64,000 nucleotides of DNA. Source: Chrysomallon squamiferum. Lineage: Eukaryota > Animalia > Mollusca. Below, piece after piece: positions 25,784 to 39,951 of the stretch. The stretch covers positions 4,712,001 to 4,776,000 of the forward strand of contig CM022678.1 of NCBI GenBank assembly GCA_012295275.1, read 5' to 3'. Position numbers and translations under genes: made by a program. Each line of letters starts with the position of its first letter. Position 1 is the first letter of the stretch. The notes below the pieces were generated by a model that did not search any database, was not told the DNA's origin, and was given only the letters and a program-made list of their open reading frames with translations.

Positions 25784-26616
25784 CATATATTTGTGTTTCT
25801 TAAGAATATACTGATTTAACTTGACAGATGTTGAGAATGTTGAAAACGATGTACCTGCAGACGGTTACGATGTCGTGAATATTATTATTATTATTATTGT
25901 TATCATTATTATTATTATTATTATATGCTTGTATTTACCTAGAAATATTTTGTTCAGAATACACTGATTTCTCTTTACAGATGTTGTACTTGCTGACTGT
26001 TACGATGTCGTGAAGAAAGGATTTCAGACTGACGGTGTTTATTTTCTAACACCACGTGACGGGGGACAGCCAATCAGAGTCTATTGTGAAATTAGTAATG
26101 GAGGATGGATGGTAAGTCAGATACATCTCGACATATTCATACATATATATATATATATGCATATGTATATGCACACGAAAAGACACACATAGAGTCAGAG
26201 TTATACAGACACAAGTAATGTATCTGTCCCAGTTTATCTGCATGTTAGAAAATGATTCTTATTTTGTGGGGGTTTTCGGGATATTATTAGACAAGGACAA
26301 CATTATGATCACTGTTTGCTTTACGTTATAGCAAATTGTTTCTAAATACTGATTCAGGTTTTTCAGCGGAGGACTGACGGATCGGTAGACTTCTACAGAA
26401 ACTTGAATGAATATAAAGACGGTTTCGGAAATTTGAGAAATGAGTTCTGGTTGGGTATGTTGTAACGTTCTTGCTTGTTTCATAACAGGAACCGTTACTG
26501 AATGGACATATCAGTTTTAAGTCAATTTAATTATTCTTTCATTTACTGTAACATTTCCACAAAATATGCTATTGTCTCCTAAACCTATCACTATCATCAG
26601 AGTTTTCAACACCACA

Positions 26617-26664
<48 letters not shown>

Positions 26665-27015
26665 GTTATTGTTATTGTTATTGTTGTTGTTGTTGATGTG
26701 TTTGTTATTATTATTATTATTATCATTATTATTTTTATTAGGTAACACGAATATTCACAGACTGACTACTCAAGGAATTTATGAACTGAGGGTAGATTTA
26801 GAAGATTTTGAAGGGAACACGGCCTACGCCTCCTACAAGAATTTCTCCATAGCAGGAGAAGAAAAGAATTTCCAGTTGTCAGTAGCAGATTACAGTGGAA
26901 CTGCTGGTACATGTGTTCATAATAATATTACTTTTTTCTTAACATTTACTTTGATAATATGTGATGTTAATTGCTGGTACTACTATTTATAATAATAGTT
27001 GTTGTTTTTCTATTT

Positions 27016-27050
<35 letters not shown>

Positions 27051-27597
27051 GTTGTTGTTGTTGTTGTTGTTTTTATTCTTGTCGTCGTAGTCGCTGTTGT
27101 TGTTACTGTTATTGTTATTATTATTGTTGTTATTGTTGTTGCTGTTTTCGTTTTTGATACTGCTGTGATTCTCTTTATTGTTGTTGTTACAAAAGAGATT
27201 ACGAAAATGCAGCAATCTCGTTATTAAAGTTATTAACCTGTTTATTATGAGACTGCATTTACATTAATGTCTAGCCGAATGAGAGGCTTATGAATAAAAA
27301 GTATTACAACAATTCTTTTTTTTTCTTTTTTTTTCAGGTAATGCTCTTGAGCCGAACAGTGGTTGCTACTTCACTACAAAAGACAGAGATCTGGACAAAG
27401 CAGATTGCAACTGCGCTGAAAATAACAAAGGTGGTTGGTGGTATAGTTACTGCGCCCTCTCCAATCTAAACGGCATCTATAGAAGTTTTACTACTTCTAA
27501 CAGAACCGGAGTATGGTGGTTACTGTGGAAAAAGAAACTGTTTTCAAGTCTTAAAAGAACGGTTATGAAAATAAGACCATCTGAGATTGTGCCGTAG
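25215..27597 (+). CDS. PAN-FReD gene E, intact (321 aa)
   Basis: Exons 25215-25527, 25981-26111, 26358-26454, 26742-26906, 27338-27597 (966 nt), all GT-AG, no stops. Signal [23 protein letters not shown] core [29 protein letters not shown] ending KIRPSEIVP. Confidence 0.85.
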
Positions 27598-29102
27598 CAT
27601 GAAGAAGAAGACACAAAATACGTGATCACGTAGATATGTATATGTGAAATCTGTATCTGAAATATTCATCGTTCTGAAGTTGATTCTGGCATTCCGTGTT
27701 TCCTGCTTAATTAATAAATGTTTATATAATGATCCATTTTTCTTTTCTTTTTTTTTTTTTTTTTTTTTTGGTCTGAAACTTTATCGTAAATCACCGATTT
27801 AAAAGACAGAAATTTCAAGGTAGCATGTAAAAGAACCTAAGATCGTAAATCAACAAACTGCTACCTCCCATTTTCGACAAAGGCGACTTTAAAGCACACA
27901 CACAAAAAAAACATGACAAGTGAGTTTCAGAGAATGAATTTTCAAAACTTCTTTTGTTATATACCAGATTAATTTTCTATATGCACCTCCATACAAGAAT
28001 CAGACATTCTCTTTGTAGTGGCATGTCGTTAAACGAACATTAAACATTTATTCCTTACATTAAACTATTTAAAAGCTAGATATTTCAAGATAGAATGTAA
28101 AAGAACTTAAGGTCTTAAATCACCGAACCACTACCTCACATTTTCGACAAAGGCGAATAGAAACAAATTATGCATGACGTCTTCTAAAACACTCAAAAAA
28201 AGAATTATGACAAGTAAGTTTCAGAGAATGAATTTTTAAAAAGTTCTTTGTTATATACCAGATTAATTTTCAGTATGCATCTACATACAAGAATCATACA
28301 TTCTCTTTGTAGTGGAATGTCGGTAAACGATCATTAAACATTTATTCCTTACATTAAACTATTTAAGAAATGGAGATTTCAAGATATTTTTTAAAAGAAA
28401 TTAAGATCTTAAATCACCGAACCACTAACTCACATTTTCAACAAAGGCGAATACAAACAAATTATGTATGACGTCTTTTAAAACACAAAAAAAAATAATT
28501 ATGACAAGAATCAGACATTGTCTTTGTAGTGGAATGTCGTTAAACATTTATTGCTTGAGTGTATTTGTCCTTCTGTTAGAAAGATATAAATAATTAAACT
28601 CGCCGTCAGACCGTATGAAGTGAGTTTTAAATTACATTTATAAATAATAAAACTGAAGCAGATCGATTCCACCTCATTTTTCCATATATGCAAAATTTAA
28701 CACTTTTTTTCAGTTTTACTCGATCAAAGACAGCGTTTGTCAGTATATATGTAGATACTTTACGTCGGCAATTAACCTAGATTACGCTGTTCTGACAGTC
28801 TGACAGATTGTGATAAATCACTCGTTAAAACAGAAAACATAAGATTTGTCGTTAAAGTGTTTGAAAAATATGATTATAAGTCTCCAGAGAGCTTAATACT
28901 AGTTTACATATACTGTGAATACATTACCAACATCAAAAATGGGTTCTCTGATGATCATGACAGTCAATTATTATTTGTTACGCTGTTTTTAATTAGCATT
29001 TCTTCTGCAGTATCATCAAACAAATTAAAAATAAATTTTTCCATTTTTTCTAAATTTCCAATCGATGTCTCGATTAAATGAAAATATCTGATCATTCTTG
29101 CC
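26150..29102. repeat. Left arm of ~3-kb inverted repeat
   Basis: Reverse complement of ~32559-35575 across introns, exons 3-5 and the 3' flank. Confidence 0.9.
27805..28550. repeat. Imperfect ~270-300-bp tandem repeat (about 2.5 units)
   Basis: Recurring CATTCTCTTTGTAGTGG..TGTCG.TAAAC and TTTTC.ACAAAGGCGA blocks; mirrored at ~33110-33850. Confidence 0.8.
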
Positions 29103-29747
29103 TTTGTAACACAAATTTGAAATAGATGTATTCTATAACACAACTTAGATATATTCTGTTTATGAAGAATTATTTCTTTTTGTATTTAATTACCCGATGA
29201 TTGCAAAATACATTAAGACAAATTAACGAAGACGGCTCTTTGATCTTCTTTCATTTATCTTTTTCCTTACTATTTTATTTTGACTTTATCAAAATTGTGC
29301 AGAGATTTTTTACATCAGTGCCTCCAGCAAACCATCGAATGATGCATTATTCTAACAACAAGATTTTACTGTCTTCAAATTATAATTACTAGTGGAATAA
29401 GAGACAGAAGTTTCGATTCGTTAAACATTTTAAAGTAAGACAAGACACCATCTGTTTAACAGAAACTGAAAATCACACATTTGTGACTCATAAAGAAAAG
29501 AAATGTCTTAACAATGAACTATTTTATATATTATGTTTTCTTTCATATCTTCTAACAATCGTTTAAAATAGAAAAGCAACGGTTTGAAACTAACATCCAC
29601 TACAGCCTCTTATAAAGTGAAATCGTGTGTATATTATTACTGTCATTCAAAGAATACGGAGTAGCTATAAATGAGTGCTGAGCTAAGAGCTAGACCGCAG
29701 TTATTCTGCATATCTCTAACGTGGCACAAAATACTACCTCAAGAACA

Positions 29748-30344
29748 ATGTCAAGTTCAGCAGCTCCTAAGAAAATTAGGGGAACGAAATCAAGAATATC
29801 TTTTATCTCAGTTACCATTTTCATCCTGTTCAAGGTCACGACTGGCGCAGATGTCTGTCCATCTTCTGACAACGTTGAAACCAGTTTCCACAAATCATCA
29901 TTGTTTCGAGATGTAAAAACCAAATCACAAAGCTTAAAACAAATGACAACCCCGGGAAGATTACACTGTGCAGTAAATTGCTATCATCGTCCTGGCTGCC
30001 GAAGTATTTTCTATTCAACCACTGACAACATCTGTTTCTTGTACGGTGAAGACGTTTTTCATTCGGCCTTTGAAAATTATCTGAGAATGCGACGTTTCTG
30101 TAAGTAATCAAGAAACAAATCTAACATCTTTTTTATTCTTTTCAGTTTTTCGAAATTCTTCTTTATCTTCTTCTTCTTCTTCCTCTTATTATTATTATTG
30201 TTATTATTATTATTATCATCATCATCATCATCATCAACATCTACATTATTATGCTCGGTTAGTGCTGTCGGTATACTAGTCTCAATGTAATGTCGGCTCC
30301 AAGGCTTGGATCTAGGGCATAAACACTGTGTATTGAAGAGTCAC

Positions 30345-30411
<67 letters not shown>

Positions 30412-30604
30412 TTTATTAGTTGGTTTTTTTTTTACCTAGAAACATTTATTCAGAATAGACAGATTACTCTTTGCAGACGTGGATCCTGACTGTTACGATG
30501 GCATGAAGGAAGGAATTCAGGCTGATGGGATTCATTTGGTATAACCACGTGACGCTGGGCAGCCAATCAGAGTGTATTGCGAGATTAGTAATGGAGGACG
30601 GTTG
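29748..30604 (+). pseudogene. PAN-FReD gene F fragment (exon 1 plus dead exon 2)
   Basis: Open exon 1 29748-30099. Exon 2 from 30477 has an in-frame TAA and a mutated donor (TTAAGT). No exons 3-5. Confidence 0.75.
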
Positions 30605-30983
30605 TTAAGTGAGAAGTATGTTTATATACACAAAAACATACTCAGAAAATACATCCGCAGACCTAAAGACACGCACGTATAATATGCATGTAAGAGCTGG
30701 CGTACAGTAAGTTTCACTGTAAAACATATACCTGTAATGGCAGGCTGTCATTTCACCTCGCCATACTGAGAAGTCTGTTTCCACTACGTTACAGTTTGTG
30801 CTTCATAATTTCTGATTTAGGTAGAGTTTTCCTTCGTCATTTAGCTGATTATTATATTCGTTTCCTTTTCTTGTTTTTCTTATTTTTGTTGCTTTTTTTC
30901 TTGTTGTTGTATGTTTTAGGAATCATTAGCCATTGATGAATAGTTCTGATCAGGAGAAAGACAAACAGGTGAGAAAGAAAACA

Positions 30984-31141
<158 letters not shown>

Positions 31142-31550
31142 TTATAATAATGGAATAATTAATTCATTTCGTACCTATGTAGCTAATAACAAAAACAAAA
31201 ATTATCACTTAAATCTTTTCCTTTATTTGTCTATCAACACCATGATTCAGAAACATGATATATACATGAACACTTAAATTATTCAAAAAATTAACTGTTT
31301 AATTGTGATTTCATGCGTTATTGGAATTCTGATATTACATTTTCAATCAATATTAATTTAATACTTCATTTATCTACACTAAATAGTGTGTATAAATCAT
31401 CAGTGAACACAGAACCATCTCACATGTAACAACGACGTCAATTATAACTTCTGTGAAGACGACAACAACTGTGTGAAGTATAACCAGTGAAATACGAAAA
31501 CAACGACGTCAAATTTTACATCTGAGAAGAGGACAACATTTATGTGAAAT

Positions 31551-32023
31551 ATGTCTTTTCTAAAGAACATCGTCTTTTTAATTTGCTTCATATTCGAGTC
31601 CGTGGCTGCCACAGAACTCTGCCCAGCTTCTGGCCACGTTGAAACCATTTTGCACGAATCACCATTATTTCGCGATGTAAAACCCAAATCACAAAGTTTA
31701 AAAGAAATGACAACCCCAGGACGCTTACAGTGCGCAGTCAATTGCTATCACCGTACTGGCTGCCGAAGTATTTTCTATTCAACAACTGACAACGTCTGTT
31801 TGTTGTACGGTGAAGACGTTTTTCATTCGGCCTTTGAAAATTATCCGGGAATGCGACGTTTCGGTAAATTACTTAGACATACAGATTATTGGTTTCTTAA
31901 ATTTTTCAGCAGTATTATTATTATTATTTTTATTATTATTATTATCATTATTATTATTATTATTATGATAAATATTGAATATCATACTCCAAAAGGAAAT
32001 TCAAATGTCCTTCTGCTGTGTGA

Positions 32024-32065
<42 letters not shown>

Positions 32066-32540
32066 CTATTTTTTAAGAATTTACTGATTTCACATGACAG
32101 ATGTTGAGAATGATGAAATCACTGTGACTCAAGATTTGCTCACAATACACTGAATTCACTTTACAGATGTTGAAAACGACGTACCTGCTGACTGTTACGA
32201 TGTCGTGAAGAAAGGAATTCAGACTGACGGTGTTTATTTGGTAAAACCACGGGATAGCGGACAGCCAATCAGTGTCTATTGTGAAATTAGTAATGGAGGA
32301 TGGTTGGTAAGTCAGAAATATTATTACATAAGACACACACTTATTACGAAAGACACCCACACAGTTCTTTCTAACACACAGATATACAGACAGATAAGGT
32401 AATCAATCTATAAAGTAAGGTTTATGTAGACATAGAATATAAATGTTTATTTTGGGTCTGTTAATTAGGTTCGACTTCATTAAAATCAGTGTTTGTATTG
32501 TCTTAGTCTGTCTTCATTATAGACCCAGGTTTTACAGATA
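31551..32540 (+). pseudogene. PAN-FReD gene G, truncated at the start of exon 3
   Basis: Intact exon 1 31551-31863 and exon 2 32167-32306. An exon-3-like start CCAG|GTTTTACAG at 32529 is followed almost immediately by the inverted-repeat arm. Confidence 0.75.
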
Positions 32541-32558
32541 AATATCCCTAGATCCAAT

Positions 32559-34688
32559 GCAAGAATGATCAGATATTTTCATTTAATCGAGACATCGACT
32601 GGAAATTTAGAAACAATGGAAAAATTTATTTTTAATTTGTTTGATGATACTGCAGAAGAAATGCTAATTAAAAACAGCGTAACAAATAATAATTGACTGT
32701 CATGATCATCAGAGAACCCATTTTTGATGTTGGTAATGTATTCACAATATATGTAAACTAGTATTAAGCTCTCTGGAGACTTGTATTCATATTTTTGAAA
32801 CTTTTTACTGACGAATCATATGTTTTCTGTTTTAACGAGTGATTTATCACAATCTGTCAGACTGTCAGAACAGCGTAATCTAGGTTAATTGCCGACGTAA
32901 AGTATCTACATATATACTGGAAAACGCTGTCTTTGATCGAGTAAAACTGAAAAAAAGTGTTAAATTTTGCATATATGGAAAAATGAGGTGGAATCGATCT
33001 GCTTCAGTTTTATTATTTATAAATGTAATTTAAAACTGATTTGTTACGGTCTGACGGCGAGTTTAATGGTTTATATCTTTCTAACAGAAGGACAGATACA
33101 CTCAAGCAATAAATGTTTAATATTTGTTTAACGACATTCCACTACAAAGAGAATGTCTCATTCTTGTCATCATTATTTTTTTTTTGTGTTTTAAAAGACG
33201 TCATACATAATTTGTTTCTATTCGCCTTTGTTGAAAATGTGAGTTAGTGGTTCGGTGATTTAAGATCTTAATTTCTTTTAAATAATATCTTCAAATCTCC
33301 ATTTCTTAAATAGTTTAATGTAAGGAATAAATGTTTAATGATCGTTTAACGACATTCCACTACAAAGAGAATGTATGATTCTTGTATGTAGATGCATACT
33401 GAAAATTAGTCTGGTATATAACAAAGAAGTTTTTAAAAATTCATTCTCTGAAACTTACTTGTCATAATTCTTTTTTTCAGTGTTTTAGAAGACGTCATGC
33501 ATAATTTGTTTCTATTCGTCTTTGTCGAAAATTGAGGTAAAATAAGTTCTTTTACATACTGTCTTGAAATCTCTAGCTTTTAAATAGTTTAATGTAAGGA
33601 ATAAATGTTTAATGATCGTTTAACGACATTCCACTACAAAGAGGATGTCTGATTCTTGTATGGAGATGCATATAGAAAATTAATCTGGTATATAAGAAAA
33701 GAAGTTTTGAAAATCATTCTCTGAAACTTACTTGTCATTTTTTTTGTGTGTGTGCTTTAAAATCACCTTTGTCGAAAATGGGAGATAGCAGTTTGTTGAT
33801 TTACGATCTTAGGTTCTTTTACATGCTACCTTGAAATTTCTGTCTTTTAAATCGGTGATTTGCGATAAAGTTTCAGAATAGTGCATACTTGGTTAATTGC
33901 CAAGTCAGAGTTCCTAAATATTGACAAAAACAGTTTTTCGTCTAACGGGCAGAAATTGCTCGTACAAAAAAAAAAAAAAAAAAAAAAAAAATTGTAAGAA
34001 AATAAAAATGGATCATTATATAAACATTTATTAATTAAGCAGGAAACACGGAATGCCAGAATCAACTTCAGAACGATGAATATTTCAGATACAGATTTCA
34101 CCTATACATATCTACGTGATCACGTATTTTGTACCTTCTTCTTCATGCTACGGCACAATCTCAGATGGTCTTATTTTCATAACCGTTCTTTTAAGACTTG
34201 AAAACAGTTTCTTTTTCCACAGTAACCACCATACTCCGGTTCTGTTAGAAGTAGTAAAACTTCTATAGATGCCGTTTAGATTCAAGAGGGCGCAGTAACT
34301 GTACCACCAACCCCCTTTGTTATTTTCAGCGCAGTTGCAATCTGCTTTGTCCAGATGTCTGTCATTTGTAGTGAAGTAGCAACCACTGTTCGGCTCAAGA
34401 GCACTACCTGAACAAAAAAAAAAAAAATTGTTGTAATACTTTTTATTCACAAGCCTCTCATTCGGCTAGACATTAATGTAAATGCAGTCTCATAATAAAT
34501 AGGTTAATAACTTTAATAACGAGGTTCCTGCATTTCGTAATCTCTTTTGTAACAACAGCAATAAAGAGAATCACAGCAGTATCAAGAACAAAAACAGCAA
34601 CAACAATAACAACAATAATAATAACAATAACAGTAACAACAACAACGACTACGACGACAAGAATAAAAACAACAATAACAACAACAAC

Positions 34689-34735
<47 letters not shown>

Positions 34736-35000
34736 AAATAGAAAAACAACAACTATTATTATAAATAGTAGTAACATCACATATTATCAACGTAAATGAT
34801 AAGAAAAAAGTAATATTATTATGAACACATGTACCAGCAGTTCCACTGTAATTTGCTACAGACAACTGGAAATTCTGTTCTTCTCCTGCTATGGAGAAAT
34901 TCTTGTAGGAGGCTTAGGGCGTGTTCCCTTCAAAATCTTCTAAATCTACCCTGAGTTCATAAATTCCTTGAGTAGTCAGTCTGTGAATATTCGTGTTACC

Positions 35001-35031
<31 letters not shown>

Positions 35032-35070
35032 AACAACAACAACAACAACAACAACAACAATAACAATAAC

Positions 35071-35113
<43 letters not shown>

Positions 35114-35575
35114 GTGTTGAAAACACTGATGATAGTGATAGGTTTAGGAGACAACAGCAAAGTTTGTGGAAATGTTATAGTAAATGAAAGAATAATTAAA
35201 TTGACTTAAAACTGATATGTGCATTCAGTAACGGTTCCTGTTATCAAAGAAGCAACAACGTTACAACATACCCAACCAGAACTCATTGCTCAGATATCCG
35301 AAACCGTCTTTATAGTCATTCCAAGTTCTGTAGAAGTCTACCGATTCGCCATTCCTCCGCTGAAAAACCTGAATCAGTATTTATAAACAATTTGCTATAA
35401 TGTAAAGCAAACAGTGATCATAATGTTGTCCTTGTCTAATAATATCCCGAAAACCCCCACAAAATAACAATCATTTTCTAACATGCAGATAAACTGGGAC
35501 AGATACATTACTTGTTTCTGTATAACTCTGACTCTGTGTGTGTCTTTTCGTGTGCATATGCATGTATATATATAT
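32559..35575. repeat. Right arm of ~3-kb inverted repeat
   Basis: Reverse complement of ~26150-29102, with small indels (e.g. extra ~90 bp near 33877-33965). Confidence 0.9.
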
Positions 35576-35596
35576 ATATCTGTCTACTACATGATC

Positions 35597-35639
<43 letters not shown>

Positions 35640-35920
35640 AATTGTGTATAAAATCTGTGTGTCAGCAAAGATTTATAAGTCTGCCATTCTGACTTACCAA
35701 CCATCCTCCATTACTATTTTCACAATAGAGTCTGATTGGTTGTCCGCTATCACGTGGTTTTTCCAAATAAACCCCATCAGCCTGAAATCCTTTCTACCCG
35801 ACATCGTAACAATCTGTAGATACATCGTTTTCAACATTTGGAAAATCAATTCAGTGTATTCTCAGTAGACCTTTGATTCTAATTATTTTAATCTAAAACA
35901 CAATAATAATAATAATAATA

Positions 35921-35974
<54 letters not shown>

Positions 35975-36404
35975 ACAAGAAGAAGAAGAAAAGAGGAGGA
36001 AGACAAAAATAAAGGCAATCGTCAAGGTAAACGAAAAATTGATAAAAATCAGAGAAATGTTTTCTTTTTTTGTTTTGTTAATAGCTTACCGAAACGTCGC
36101 ATGCCCACATACTTTTGAAATTTTGAATAAGTGACTTGATCATCGTACAACAGACAAACGTTGTCAATGGTTGAATAGAAAATACTTTGACAAAAAGAAA
36201 TACGATAACACTATCTGCCACACTCTGATCATGCTGAAGATGTCGTTTCGTCTATACCTTTGAACTTGGGTTTCACGTTCTGAAATAATGGTGATTCTCG
36301 CAGAACAGTTTGTATTGAACCAGAAGCTGGACAGATATTTGTCGCAGTCGTGGTCTTAAACAGGATCAAAATGATAAAACTGAGAAGTCCTTCGCAGAAC
36401 TCAT
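34148..36404 (-). pseudogene. PAN-FReD gene I, pseudogene
   Basis: Exon 1 36404-36090 (class II; frameshift, TGA and TAG). Exon 2 35837-35698 (acceptor mutated to AA). Exon 3 35368-35272. Exon 4 34999-34835 (TAC to TAA). Exon 5 34407-34148. Confidence 0.85.
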
Positions 36405-37485
36405 ATTTTGAGGACGTTGTTGTCGTCTTGGTAGGAGTTACACTTGACGTCACTGTTGTCCTCTTCTTAGAATGTTGTTCTTTTTCTTCTTTTCGTCTTC
36501 AGTGAGAAACAAATGTTTTTTGAAGTTATGACTGTAAAGAATGCATGCAGACAGTTCTGAGTTCACTCATGTTTTGTAACCTCGTTTAGTGCTGATAATC
36601 AAACTGTGTTTTAAATTAATAATAATAGAGAATAGGATATCTAGAGTAACGCATAGAATTACAAGTAAATGGTTATTTTTGAATAATTTAAATGTTGTTG
36701 TACATGTTATATTTAGACGAAATATGCTGACAAACATTTTTATTTTTATCCTTTTAATATAGTTATTTTGATTATATATATGAAAAATATCTCAATTTCT
36801 ATTCTATTTTATAGTATTTACTTAATTATTTTCTTTTCTCTTCTTTCAGTTTATTTTCTTTTATTTGATCCTATTTATTTATTTCTTGTTGTTGTTGTTA
36901 TTATTATTATTTTTATTATTACTATTTTGCTAAACGATGAAATAAGTAAACGTTTAATATTAAATGTCTACTGTATTTACTAAACATGGCAAGAAAAGAT
37001 CGGGTTTGGAAACCTAATAAACTCTGCTTGGTCATTAGCTAATTGCTGGCCGCCATGTCAAAATTATTTGTTCTAGTTTTCTATTGTAGATATAAAAAAT
37101 ACTTACAATTTAGTGAAATAAAATATTTAATAATTAACGAATTGTATCTGAATCCAAGCGTCAAAAATAATGTTTTGCACGGAAAAAAACGTTCACTAAA
37201 GATAAATTTTCTCGTTGTATTGCTCTCTCTGTTACGAAACAAAGCATTGATGTGAACCATTTTTATTTTTGTTTTATTTTCAGAAGTGTTTGGTACCAAA
37301 TGGTAACCTAATTACAAATTTACTTTGTGTTCAAATATCAAGAGAAAGCATATTTGAAATATTGCACCTTTGTCATTGTATGCATGTATTTAAAAAAAAA
37401 AATTATATTGGTATGTATATATCAATGATTGCATATAATTTTTGTTTTATTTGTTTATTCTTTTTACTAATCATTATTATTTTTA

Positions 37486-37523
<38 letters not shown>

Positions 37524-37584
37524 GATTATTATTATTATTATAGTTGTTGTTGTTGTACTAATACATTTTAAAAGTTCACATAAT

Positions 37585-37622
<38 letters not shown>

Positions 37623-38217
37623 AGAAAGAGAGAGAGAGACAGTTAGACTTTTCTTAATGCAAATTGTGTTGCATGTAATCTTTACATATTAATAAATACG
37701 TTTTTGATTTCACACTTAAATATGAATGAACTGAAGCATGGTCTTTCTGCTTTAATTGCAGTATTTTCTTTTGTGCATATCTGAAATATGAAGCAACACT
37801 TCATTAACTTAGCTACAAATGTATTCTGAATATGATATTACGTTTGTAATCACTATTAATTTAAAACTGTTGGTGACATCAAGTATCTGAGTTATACATA
37901 ACAGAGATTTTTCTTTGTTAATGTTTGTTTTTGAGTTTATATTTTAATTGATTGATTTATTGATTATCAATACTTTTTTTGTGAATACTAAATGAGACAT
38001 GCATACTATTATACAAGTAAATTCATACAGACAAAAATAAGGAATTTTTCGATGAAATTTCGTAACTTCCTTTGTTATAATAATAATAATAATAATAATA
38101 ACAAGAAGAAGAAGAAGAAGAAGAAGAAGAAGAAGAAGAAGAAGAAGAAGAAGAAGAAGGAGAAGAAAAAGAAAAAGAAGAAGAAGAAAAAGAGACAAAT
38201 ATATTTGCATAATTTAC

Positions 38218-38343
38218 CGAAACGTCGCATTCCCGTATAATTTTCTGAGGCTGAATGAAAAACATTCGTATAAGAAACAATTGTTGTCAATTGCCGAATA
38301 GAAAATACTTCGGCAGCCACACCGATGATAGCAATTTACTGCG
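38218..38343 (-). pseudogene. Inverted 3' half of a PAN exon 1
   Basis: [25 protein letters not shown]...ASENYTGMRRFG|gtaaat on the minus strand, abutting the plus-strand exon-2 acceptor of gene J. Confidence 0.8.
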
Positions 38344-38353
38344 GATTTTACAG

Positions 38354-38900
38354 ATGTTGAAAACGATGTACCTACAGACTGTTACGATGTCCTGAAGAAA
38401 GGAATTCAGGCTGACGGTGCTTATTTCGTAAAACCACGTGATACCGGACAACCAATCAGTGTCTATTGTGAAATTAGTAATGGAGGATGGTTGGTAAGTC
38501 GGAAAGACAGACATAAAAGTCTTTTCTGACACACAGATTTAACAGACAATTAGAGATAATATCTCTGTGAGATAAGGGCTCATGTAGTACGCACAGATCA
38601 TAGATTTTTTTTCCCAGTGGTTCTTATTTAACTTGGACTTGACTGTATTGTCTTTCTTCATTACTGATTCAGGTATTTCAGCGAAGGACTGACGGATCGG
38701 AAGATTTCTACAGAACTTGGAATCAATATAAAGACGGTTTCGGAAATTTGAACAATGAGTTCTGGCTGGGTACGTTCTATTGTTTTTACTTCTTTTACGA
38801 ACAGAACGATCAGTGAATGCATGTGTCCGTTTTGAAGACGGAACATTCTTTTAATACTGATTTTATTTCATAACTGAGTGAACATCTTATCATTACAAAC

Positions 38901-38962
<62 letters not shown>

Positions 38963-39566
38963 TTATTATTATTTTTATTATCATTATTGTTCTTATTAGG
39001 TAACACGAATATTCACAGACTGACTACTCAAGGACTTTATGAACTGAGGGTAGATTTAGAAGATTTTGAAGGGAACACGAGCTACGCCTCCTACAAGAAT
39101 TTCTCGATTGCAGGAGAAGAAAAGAATTTCCAGTTGACAGTAGCCAATTACAGTGGAACTGCTGGTAGATGTGTTCATAATAATATTACTTTTTTCTTAT
39201 CATTTACTTTGATAATATGTGATGTTAACTTTCGATTAGTTTCTTCTTCTCTTTCTTCTTCTTATTTTTATCGTCAGATTCATTTTTGTGTTCACCTTCT
39301 CCTTCTGCTTATTATTGGCAGTATTATTATTATTATTATTAACCATTGTTGGTGTTTTTGTTGTTGTTGTTGTAATAATATTAGTAGGAGTAATGGTGAT
39401 GATGCAGTTATTCTGGTTGTTATTATAAGACAGACAATTTTATTTAAGTTTTCATTACGGATGGATAGACAGATAAACACAAAAGTGGTAAAACAGTTAA
39501 CTCGTTAAATATGCTTTTATTTTAATGCTCACGTATTCAGTAGAAATGTATATTCATATATATATA

Positions 39567-39603
<37 letters not shown>

Positions 39604-39951
39604 GTAGAGAGAGAAGTTGGTATTTTGTTAGATTAGTGAAAACCTAAATAACATGTAGATAATAAAATGTTTTTTAATCACTATTTTTCAGGTGATGGTC
39701 TCTCATATCAAAATGGCCATTATTTCAGTGCAAAAGACAAAGACCTGGACATGGCAGACTCGAGCTGTGCTATGGAGTATGCAGGAGCTTGGTGGTACAA
39801 CAGTTGTGTTCAGTCCAATCTAAATGGAATGTATACATATGTAACGACGGCTAATCAGACTTCAGTTTGGTGGTATCCATGGACAAATCAATGGTTTCAC
39901 CCACTAAAAGGAGCAGTTATGAAAATAAGACCATCTATGATCGTGCCATAA
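38354..39951 (+). pseudogene. PAN-FReD gene J: exons 2-5 intact, no sense exon 1
   Basis: Exons 38354-38493, 38673-38769, 39000-39164 and 39692-39951 are open and GT-AG. Confidence 0.7.
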
